The translations under genes and the position numbers were made by a program. This document shows positions 56,107 through 64,000 of a stretch of DNA of 64,000 nt, piece after piece. Position 1 is the first letter of the stretch; every line of letters begins with the position of its first letter. The DNA lies in contig NW_013657668.1 in assembly GCF_000142905.1 (NCBI RefSeq), positions 296,492-360,491 of the forward strand, given 5' to 3'. Source of the stretch: Thecamonas trahens ATCC 50062 (lineage: Eukaryota > Protista > Apusomonadida). The notes beneath the pieces are model-generated. The model did not search any database. It worked only from the letters and a program-made list of their open reading frames with translations, and was not told the DNA's origin.

Positions 56107-58755
56107 ATGCCCGCAAGGGTCCGCCACAAGGCTCGCAGGGCCATGAGTGGCACAGAGTGGGTAGGTCATGATTATTGTCACCACTGCCTCCGCCTCCCCC
56201 CCCCTTGCCCTNNNNNNNNNNNNNNNNNNNNNNNNNNNNNNNNNNNNNNNNNNNNNNNNNNNNNNNNNNNNNNNNNNNNNNNNNNNNNNNNNNNNNNNNN
56301 NNNNNNNNNNNCCCCCCCAACCCCCCCCTTCCCCGTCCTCCCGCCACAGGAACACCTACTGCAGCGATCGCATGTACATCACTCGGAACAGGATGATGTA
56401 CAGAGTCTGGACTATGAAGTTAACGAGAACATGGTGTGGCGGGCTCATGTGGCGTCCAAGTCGAACTGGGCGTACTCGCGCGAGCGTGGGCTCAAGTGGG
56501 TGGTGGCGCTCCTGGTAGGCATGGCCACGGCGCTGGTGGCCTACACCATCGACATGTTCATCCGTGGAGTGGCCGGCGCCAAGTTTACTCTCATCTCGCG
56601 GCTCATTGTCGACTGCGACAACTGCTTCTGGTCGCCGTTCCTCTCGTACATCGCCGTCAACGTGCTCCTGGTCTCGGTTGCTGCCTTTGCCGTCGCCTTT
56701 ATCGAGCCAGTAGCCGCCGGGTCGGGCATTCCTGAGATTAAGTGCTACCTCAACGGGTACAAGATCCCGCACGTTGTCCGTCTCTCCACCCTGCTGTGCA
56801 AGGCCGGCGGCGTGATGTTTTCGGTCGCCGGTGGCCTCGCAGTCGGCCGCGAGGGGCCGATGATCCACTCGGGCGCCGTCCTTGCCGCCGGCATTTCGCA
56901 GGGCAAGGCCACGTCGCTCCCGCTCGACTCTGGCCTATTCAAGACCTTCCGCAACGACCACATGAAGCGTGACTTTGTGGCATCAGGGGCAGCCGCAGGC
57001 GTCTCGGCCGCCTTCGGCTCGCCCATCGGCGGCGTCCTGTTCTCGCTCGAAGAAGGCGCCTCGCACTGGAATCAGGCCCTGACGTGGCGGACCTTTTTCT
57101 GCACCATGATCTCGTCGTTCACGCTCAATCTTTTGCTCTCCGGCACCTCGCCGGGCGTCAAGTGGGGCTACCTCAACCAGCCCGGCCTGGTCGACTTTGG
57201 CGAGTTTGTGGCCCAGTCGTACACCGTGGTCGAGATCCCGTTCTTTGTCATCATCGGCGTGGTCGGCGGCCTCTCTGGCGCGGCCTTTAACGCCATCAAC
57301 ACCAAGCTCACACTCTTCCGCATGCGCTTTATCCCGGTCTCCAAGCCGTGGGCCCGCTTCGCAGAGGCCCTCTTCATCGCCGCCCTCTCGGCCACCGTCT
57401 CGTTCCTCTTTGCCTTCTTTATCTTTGAGTGCCGGCCCGAGCCCACCACCGTTTACGAGGGCATCACCCTTCGCCGCTTCACCTGTCCCGAGGGCGAGTA
57501 CAACGACATGGCCACCATTTTCTTCACCACCCAGGAAGAGGCCATCCGCCAGCTCTTCCACAACCGCGACGCTTTCTCCTACCCGACCCTCGCCTTTTTC
57601 ATGTTTGCCTACTTTGGCCTTGCCGTCGTCACCTACGGCGCCTCGGTCCCGTCCGGCCTCTTTGTTCCCTGCATTCTCACCGGCTGCGCCTTTGGCCGCC
57701 TCGCCGGCCATGCGCTGGAGCACCTCTTCCCGTCGATCGTCCATGACCCGGGGACCTATGCCCTCGTCGGCGCTGCCGCCTTTTTGGGCGGCGTCGTCCG
57801 CATGACCATCTCACTAACAGTTATCATTCTCGAGTCGACCAACGACATCTCCTACGGCCTCCCGGTCATGCTCACCATCATGGTCTCTAAGATTGTCGGC
57901 GACTTGTTCAACGAGGGCCTCTACGACATCCACATCGACATCAAGCACATCCCGTTCCTCGGCTGGGAACCCGAGCGCTTGATGGAGAACCTCACCGCTG
58001 CAGACATCATGTCCACTCCCGTCAACGTCCTGCCCTACTTTGTCCGCGTCCGCGACGTCGTCGTCCTCCTCGAGTCCAACACCCATGGCGCCTTTCCGCT
58101 CTGCGGCATCGACGAGAACGGACTCCCTTCCGACCAGTTTGTCGGCATCATCCTCCGCCACGAAATCATCACCCTGCTCAAGCGCCGCGCCTTTGTCGAC
58201 TACGCCAACGCTGTGCGCTCCCACGTCGACTGGCTCGACTTTGTCGACGACTATCCGCGCTACCCGGACATTGTCGACATCCGCGCAGACATATTTGACG
58301 AGGACATGGACAAGTTCATGAACCTCTCACCGTACATGAACCCGGCGCCTATCACCACCCAGCCTGTCGCGGCGGCCACCGCCGTCTTCCGCCTCTTCCG
58401 CGGCCTCGGCCTCCGCCACATGGTTGTCGTCGACCGCATGCGTCGCATCATGGGCATTGTCACCCGCCACGACCTCGTCCACCTCGAGGACAAGTTCCAC
58501 CGCGACGGCTCGCCGCGCGACGTTCCCTGGCACAACCCGCACTACCAGTTCGGCCGCGACACGCCGCGCTCGCACGAGGCCTCCATCGCCCACCTCTACG
58601 GGTCCACTGACAGCAAGGACACGTCGAGTATTACCTCCCTCCCGCGCTCTTCGGCAACACCCGTCCAGTCAGTAGCAGAGCTCCTCGCCTCTATCCCGGG
58701 CTCGAACGTCGATCCGCAGGCCTCGCCTACCCTCCAACGTTCCGGAATTCAATAG
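56107..58755 (+). CDS. CLC Cl-/H+ antiporter, CLC-6/7-like, with two CBS domains
   Basis: SLDYE, GSGIPE, GREGPMIH (gating Glu), LFSLEEG (proton Glu), PSGLFVP, VRMTISL and CBS domains. Intron 56161-56349 spans the gap. Confidence 0.95.
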   Translation: MPARVRHKARRAMSGTEWVGHDYCHHCLRLPPPCPXXXXXXXXXXXXXXXXXXXXXXXXXXXXXXXXXXPPTPPFPVLPPQEHLLQRSHVHHSEQDDVQSLDYEVNENMVWRAHVASKSNWAYSRERGLKWVVALLVGMATALVAYTIDMFIRGVAGAKFTLISRLIVDCDNCFWSPFLSYIAVNVLLVSVAAFAVAFIEPVAAGSGIPEIKCYLNGYKIPHVVRLSTLLCKAGGVMFSVAGGLAVGREGPMIHSGAVLAAGISQGKATSLPLDSGLFKTFRNDHMKRDFVASGAAAGVSAAFGSPIGGVLFSLEEGASHWNQALTWRTFFCTMISSFTLNLLLSGTSPGVKWGYLNQPGLVDFGEFVAQSYTVVEIPFFVIIGVVGGLSGAAFNAINTKLTLFRMRFIPVSKPWARFAEALFIAALSATVSFLFAFFIFECRPEPTTVYEGITLRRFTCPEGEYNDMATIFFTTQEEAIRQLFHNRDAFSYPTLAFFMFAYFGLAVVTYGASVPSGLFVPCILTGCAFGRLAGHALEHLFPSIVHDPGTYALVGAAAFLGGVVRMTISLTVIILESTNDISYGLPVMLTIMVSKIVGDLFNEGLYDIHIDIKHIPFLGWEPERLMENLTAADIMSTPVNVLPYFVRVRDVVVLLESNTHGAFPLCGIDENGLPSDQFVGIILRHEIITLLKRRAFVDYANAVRSHVDWLDFVDDYPRYPDIVDIRADIFDEDMDKFMNLSPYMNPAPITTQPVAAATAVFRLFRGLGLRHMVVVDRMRRIMGIVTRHDLVHLEDKFHRDGSPRDVPWHNPHYQFGRDTPRSHEASIAHLYGSTDSKDTSSITSLPRSSATPVQSVAELLASIPGSNVDPQASPTLQRSGIQ
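56212..56311. other. Assembly gap (100 N)
   Basis: Run of N inside a C-rich intron. Confidence 1.
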
Positions 58756-58773
58756 TAGCACACCTCGCCTGGC

Positions 58774-60524
58774 TCAGTACAAGCCAAACGCGCATCCGTC
58801 GGCGCGCGGGTCTGACCCGCCGTACATCATCCTCCCGCTCTTTTCGCGGACAATGATCTGCCCGCGGCCAAAGACAGACCGCGCCAGTCCGGCTGTGGGC
58901 ACCACCTTGTGACCAAACTCGTCGGCCAGCGCACCTACCACCCCCTCGGCCACCCCGTCTTCCACAAACACCTTGCTCTGCTGGGCCTGGCCCGCCGCCC
59001 GTGGCACCACAAGCTCGACGGCATCAATGCAGAACCGAGGCGCGTCGAGTGCGGCCTGCGGGTCCATGCCGAACAACGCCATGTTGAACAGGACTTGGAC
59101 GTGACCCTGTGGCTGCATAAACCCGCCCATGACGCCCATCGCCGAGTGAAGGCTCCCGTCGCTCTCGTGGACCGTCATGCCCGGAATGATGGTGTGGTAC
59201 GAGCGCTTTCCAGGCCCAAGCTCGTTGGCTCGCGTTGCCTCGCTCACCCCCGCAGCGCAAAGTTGCATCCGCGGTTCTGCAGCGTGAAGCCGGTGCCGGG
59301 CGGAACGAGACCGGAGCCAAAGCCCTCGTAGTTGGAGTTGACCACCGACGCCGCGTTGCCCTCCGCGTCAACCACACAAAAGTACACCGTGTCTGACGAT
59401 GCACTTGGTGCGCCATTCGCACTCGCCTTGCCGGCATCGATCTTGCCCGCTGCCGCCACTCCCCACTCGGGCGAGAGAAGGTGCGCGAACTCGCCATGGG
59501 CCTTCGGCTCGGCCACGTACGGTCCGGCCGCTGCAAACGCCATCCGAAGTGCCTCAATGAGCATGTGCAGGTAGCCGGCCGAGTTGTGTCCAAGCGCCTT
59601 GAGCTCCTCGGTCCGCGATGCAAGGATGTTGAGTGCGACCAGCGCCACCAGGCCTTGCCCGTTCGGTGCGCACTCGTACAACCGCACTCCGTCGACTGCG
59701 TAAGAGATCGGCTCGCCAATCTCCGAGGTATGCGCCTCGAGGTCGCTCGCCTCCATGTACGAGCCGTGTGCAGAGAGCACGTCCAAAATGGCGGCCGCTG
59801 GCCAGCCCGAGTAGAACCCGGCCTTTCCGTCGGACGCAAGCGTGCGGAGTACCCGCGCCATGCCTGGATTGGTCATGATCTCGCCGGCCGACGGCGCACA
59901 GCCGCCAGCGGTGAGCAGCTCGCTTCCGGCTGCATTGCCGCTTCGGGTCAGCTTGTGGCTTCCGGCGGTCCAGCCGCAGGCGGTCACGTCGCCGACGGCG
60001 TAGCCGTCCTCGGCAAGCGCGATGGCTGGCGCCAGCACCTCTGCGGCGGTCACTGCGCCCGAGCCCCAGTGCTCCAGCGTGTCCATCCACGCCGCCGCCG
60101 CGCCTGGAACCGTCACAGCATGCACCGAGTCCCATGGTAGGCGGACAGCAGCCGGATCAGCCGCGGTGACGGCCGCCGCCACAGCCTCGGCGTCCAACGC
60201 CGCCGGCGATCTGCCTGACCCGTTGAGGGCCTGGACCGTGCCGGACTCTGCATCGTAGTACAACACAAAGGCATCGCCGCCAAGCCCTGTCGAGCACGGT
60301 TCAGTGACCGCCAGCGCCGCCGCCGTAGCCACTGCCGCATCGGCAGCATTGCCCCCGGCCTGCAACACCGCCAGGCCAGCCGCAGTTGCCGCCGCCTGCG
60401 ACGACGCCACCATGCCCCGCGGAGCTGCCACCTGCGTCCGCCGCGAGGTAAACGTCACCGAGCCCAACCCAGGGCCCACTCGCGTCCCTGTCGTGCTTCC
60501 TTCCGCCGTCGTTGCCGTAGCCAT
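58774..60524 (-). CDS. Gamma-glutamyltranspeptidase (YwrD-like); one base short at 59247-59251
   Basis: GGNAADAAVA, EPCSTGLGGDAF, VTVPGA, nucleophile SDTVYF, GFGSG and LQNRG. KRSYHTIIP, GVMGGFMQPQGH and GGSDPRADG follow in the next frame. Confidence 0.93.
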
Positions 60525-60589
60525 CTCGTCGTTCTGTCGCGTCTGTCGACAGGTGTCGACCCCGCCCGTCTCCCGTCCCCTTCTCACCA

Positions 60590-60630
60590 GTCGCCTGTCG
60601 CCTGTCGCCTGTCGCCTGTCGCCTGTCGCC
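60590..60630. repeat. 7-bp microsatellite (TCGCCTG)n between ATG10 and GGT
   Basis: About 5-6 tandem units. Confidence 0.85.
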
Positions 60631-60637
60631 GGTGTCG

Positions 60638-61378
60638 TCACTCACACGTGCGCCGTGCCGTGGGCCACTCTCTCCCTCCTGACGACGATGCCGGCGGCAA
60701 TGGAACGGACACTCCGACCGCCGGCCCGTACAGCGAGAGCCAGAGCAGCATGTCGCGCTGGCCAAACTGGGCCAATGGCGATGTTGCGTGGGAAGCGAGG
60801 ATTGACGCCGCTGCTGCTCCCTCCACAGCTGCCTCGCCCGCTGCCTCGTCCGCTGCCTCACTCCCGTCGGTCACAACAGCCTCGAGCACCGCCGCCGTCT
60901 CACACGGGTGGAGCATCAACATGGCTCGTCCGGGGAGATGCGGTGCCTCGGCCAGCGCCAGGTACGTCAGCTGGATCTGCTCGGCGTCTGCTCCGGCTCC
61001 GACTCCGCGAGATAGCGGTAGTCGCGGCCAGAGCTCGGCCAGGCCCATCGGGCCGCCAGCCTCGTTGGCAGCCTCGAAGAAAAGGACCGGAACGGCGTAG
61101 CCAGGGTGGTACACCATGTGAAAGCTGAGAACCATCGCGGCATGCCCGGCTGGGAGTGCTTCGGCCTCGTCGACCTCGCCGTCGACAACCTCGCCGCCGT
61201 CGAACCAGTCGTCGTCGGTCGACTGGGTCAAGTTAGCCCAGCCCTCGCCGCCTCGCATCACAGGCCCACACGCGAGATAGAGCCCGTTGGCAGACTCGAT
61301 CGCCCGCCACGGCTCGGCCCACTCGACGCTCATCGTCGCTAGCCCACGAGCTGCTCGCTCAAAAGTGGCACGATTCAT
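60638..61378 (-). CDS. ATG10: Autophagy E2-like enzyme ATG10
   Basis: HMVYHPGYAVPVLFF, catalytic LHPCET and WLSLYGPAVG. Confidence 0.9.
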   Translation of the reverse strand: MNRATFERAARGLATMSVEWAEPWRAIESANGLYLACGPVMRGGEGWANLTQSTDDDWFDGGEVVDGEVDEAEALPAGHAAMVLSFHMVYHPGYAVPVLFFEAANEAGGPMGLAELWPRLPLSRGVGAGADAEQIQLTYLALAEAPHLPGRAMLMLHPCETAAVLEAVVTDGSEAADEAAGEAAVEGAAAASILASHATSPLAQFGQRDMLLWLSLYGPAVGVSVPLPPASSSGGREWPTARRTCE

Positions 61379-61514
61379 TTGCCAGACGGAGAGCCGTGTG
61401 CTGCCTGTCGTCGACGACGCAGCACGCAGGCCGTCGCGGGGGGGGGAGGGAGGAGGGACGGACCAAGACAGAGCCCAACAGCTTGTTCATTGCATTGGCG
61501 GGACAAGTCACTAC

Positions 61515-62798
61515 CTACGTCCACGGATAAAAGGTGGGGAACATGATCGCGCCGAGCGTGTTCCACACAACGCCATAGGCCACAAGCCCGACAGCCCATC
61601 GATTGTGGCGCGGGTTGTGCAGGAGCCAGGCCGAGGCCCAGAAGACGCATGGCGTCGACGAGCACAGCATCCGGGTCGCAACCTGGATGTGCATAAAAAG
61701 CGTAGCAACGGCAACGAGAAACGCCCAATGGAGTACAAGGACGCCCACTGGATCGCGGCCAGCAACCAGCGCGGCTAGACGGACCCGCCATCCGCGCACA
61801 AGCCAAGTGCCGTAGCAAGCGATGGCGGCCATCGAGCCAACGAGGATCGGCGCAGCAAGTGCAAAGTTGGGCACTTGCTTCCACTCGTAGTAGGCCAGAA
61901 AGCCGTTGCCCCAGTACGTGGCCTGGATGTACGAGTAGAGCTTGAGCGGCGCTACGATCGAGGCGCCGCAGTGTGGGCGCACATCGTGAGCCACCACGCC
62001 ACTGCCGCAGACCTCCGAAGCCCCCCAAACCTGAAAGGCAAGGTAAGGAACAACCATAATCGCAGATGCCCCAAGCCAGGCAGCACAGACTGCGAGCCGA
62101 CCCAGTGTCGATCCCGCTGGCGCAGTCGCGGCGCGGACACAAAGCGCGACGGCGAGGCCCGATAGCAACATACCGTTTGAGCGGAGCGATCCAGCTCCAA
62201 CGCCCGCAACAACCAGGCTCACACTAGCCAGCACCCGTGAGGCCGTCGAGTCATTACGCCGCGCAGGCGTAGCCAGCCACAGATAGGCGGCAACGGCGGC
62301 AAAGGCAACCGCCGCAAACGGCGCCTCGGTGTAGGCCACAGATCCAAAGACCGATGCGGGCGAGAGAGCATGGAGCCTGCCCGCCGTAGCCATAAACGTT
62401 TCACGCGTCACGCCCGAGCCGTGAAGCCACTTTGAGCCTTTGCTGGCTTCATACACAAGGCCAGCGGACCAGGCGACGGCGAGAGCTGCCGCGATGCCGG
62501 CGACGCTGGCGATGAGGGCGCCAGCGAGAGGCGGCGAGAGCCAGCCAGCAGACGCAGCGACCACTGCACGAAGAAGCAACGGCCATCCCGGAAAGAACGC
62601 CATCTCGTGCTCATACACATATCCGCGGTCGGCGATGGCGGTGTAGTAGATGCCGTCCCAGTTGGCGGCGTGGCCGAGAGCAGCCCGACTGCCCGAGGCG
62701 TCAAAGGGCGGAAGACAAGCAGCGGCTGCAGCCATGACCACTGCCACCACCACCCGCGAGCACACACCCCATGCCACTGTCTGCGCCACCCATCCCAT
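61515..62798 (-). CDS. PIGV: GPI mannosyltransferase 2 (PIG-V/GPI18)
   Basis: WDGIYY..GYVYEHEMAFFPG, YTEAPF, RSNG, YSYIQATYWGNGFLAYY..QVPNF, HIQVATR and terminal FYPWT. Confidence 0.95.
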   Translation of the reverse strand: MGWVAQTVAWGVCSRVVVAVVMAAAAACLPPFDASGSRAALGHAANWDGIYYTAIADRGYVYEHEMAFFPGWPLLLRAVVAASAGWLSPPLAGALIASVAGIAAALAVAWSAGLVYEASKGSKWLHGSGVTRETFMATAGRLHALSPASVFGSVAYTEAPFAAVAFAAVAAYLWLATPARRNDSTASRVLASVSLVVAGVGAGSLRSNGMLLSGLAVALCVRAATAPAGSTLGRLAVCAAWLGASAIMVVPYLAFQVWGASEVCGSGVVAHDVRPHCGASIVAPLKLYSYIQATYWGNGFLAYYEWKQVPNFALAAPILVGSMAAIACYGTWLVRGWRVRLAALVAGRDPVGVLVLHWAFLVAVATLFMHIQVATRMLCSSTPCVFWASAWLLHNPRHNRWAVGLVAYGVVWNTLGAIMFPTFYPWT

Positions 62799-63176
62799 CA
62801 CCGCGTCTGCTGTGGTGGGAGTTGGGTGGCGAGGTGGGTGACGGGCCACGGCGCGATCGAGCGCGAGCAGAGGCGGCAGGCGCCGATGACCACTTCCCGA
62901 TGACCGTATCGTCACCACACACACGGTTCGTGCTCATCGTGGCGGTATCACTCTCCTTAGAGCATATGGCAGATGATAGAAAAGTGTGGCTGGTCGGTCC
63001 CGTTGGGCTTCGGTGGAGGTCTCATCGATTCCCGGGCTCGGGGCGGGCTGGTCCCGGCCCGGGTTGACCCACGACGAGGCCGGCCGAGCAACGAGCCGAC
63101 AGGCCTCTGGTCGGCAGCCACCACGTGCCAGGGGCAGGGCACCTCACCTCTCGCAAGCAGCAAGCAGAACCCAAAG

Positions 63177-64000
63177 ATGGGCAAGAAGACAAGCAAGCGC
63201 AAGTCGAAGATGAGGAGCTCAGCTGGCTCGGCTGGCTCGGCTGGCTCGGCTGGGTCAGTTGGTGCGGCTGGTGCGGCTGGTGCGGCAGGAGGCAAGCTGG
63301 TGCTGTGGGCCGTGGTCGGTTTGGCTCTGGCGGTGGTGGCTGCCATGATCGTCGCTCCGGGCGCCATGCCGTGGGTGGCCGGGAATGGGAAGGGTCCGAT
63401 GGACCGAGGCGAGTCAGATAAGAGAAATAACCCGCTAGCTGAGTCCGACGGCAGTCCGCGGATCGTGCTTCTTCATGCCAACGGGGGAAACAACTCGGCG
63501 TCAGATCCGTGGCCGGCACAGCTAACCATCTCGTCGCGGAGCGAGCTCGATTCGATGGTGGTTGACAAGTTCTTTGAATGGGGTCTGGACAAGCATCGCC
63601 CAGCTCATGTGCCAGCCGACCGCGAACTTGTCCTCAACCTGTACCTGGAGGACGGCTCGCGGCTGCGATCGATCCAGCAGCTGGCCAAGGACCGCCCACA
63701 AACGTGTTCATGGTCCCGGCCGACGAGTTCTTCTTCTGGCCAGGGCTGTACAAGGGCCACCGGACGACTGTGGCTGGCATCGTGGGTGCCGGCGGCGCAC
63801 CCGTCGTCATTGAGACCGTCTCGCTCGAGCCGCGCGTCTTTATCCTTGACAACATCATCTCCGAAGAGCAGATGGAGGTCATCAAGGGCGCGGTCCGCCA
63901 CGAGATGCAGCGCTCGGCTATGTACACTCCGACCGACGATGGGACTCACTACGACGAGTACTCGAACGGCCGCACCTCGAGCCAGGCATGGTACAAGCAG
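63177..64000 (+). CDS. Type II membrane prolyl 4-hydroxylase-like 2OG-Fe(II) oxygenase (3' partial; one base short near 63695)
   Basis: Basic N-terminus and a TM, then after the frame change FFFWPG..IETVSLEPRVFILDNIISEEQ..RTSSQAW, typical of a P4H catalytic-domain start. Confidence 0.85.
   Translation, partial: MGKKTSKRKSKMRSSAGSAGSAGSAGSVGAAGAAGAAGGKLVLWAVVGLALAVVAAMIVAPGAMPWVAGNGKGPMDRGESDKRNNPLAESDGSPRIVLLHANGGNNSASDPWPAQLTISSRSELDSMVVDKFFEWGLDKHRPAHVPADRELVLNLYLEDGSRLRSIQQLAKDRPQTCSWSRPTSSSSGQGCTRATGRLWLASWVPAAHPSSLRPSRSSRASLSLTTSSPKSRWRSSRARSATRCSARLCTLRPTMGLTTTSTRTAAPRARHGTS

Noticed and set aside
58774-59268. GGT as a naturally split two-gene enzyme
   Set aside because: The break is not at the autoprocessing Thr and is fixed by one extra G.
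54027-60524. Calling SNAPIN, TRAPPC2L and GGT pseudogenes
   Set aside because: Each has a single indel in a base run with all motifs and splice sites intact; error or recoding is more plausible than decay.
54027-62798. Functional cluster of endomembrane genes (SNAPIN, TRAPPC2L, CLC, ATG10, PIG-V)
   Set aside because: Mixed orientations and different pathways; such genes are common enough for chance adjacency.

Overview
Gene-dense, GC-rich eukaryotic nuclear DNA from a flagellated unicellular protist. Compact genes, short GT-AG introns (mostly GTACG donors near gene 5' ends), a talin and ciliary genes would fit an apusomonad such as Thecamonas, but that identification is inference. I can support about 34 protein-coding genes. 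Many need hand-spliced models that the ORF track misses: ABCA, ARMH1, beta-ureidopropionase, tetraspanin, MFAP1-like, NOT4, ankyrin, RasGEF, COPI-associated/TVP15, HIBCH-like, HOP2, ALDH22/MSC7, HSF, ARPC4, PDCD5, macro domain, NDUFA4/B12D, talin, uL15m, TFIIS, a coiled-coil protein, anoctamin, SUMO, a large vWA protein, SLC35F, a TALPID3-like protein, SNAPIN, TRAPPC2L, CLC-7, GGT, ATG10, PIG-V and a prolyl 4-hydroxylase. No rRNA, tRNA or CRISPR was seen. Most notable: (1) an AT-rich, quasi-palindromic, internally duplicated island at ~21.4-22.3 kb; (2) five genes between 51 and 63.7 kb that each lack exactly one base; (3) candidate remote homologues of paraflagellar-rod and TALPID3 proteins; (4) a C-terminally truncated MFAP1 and a probably non-catalytic HIBCH-like protein. 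All family assignments come from motif recognition, not database searches.
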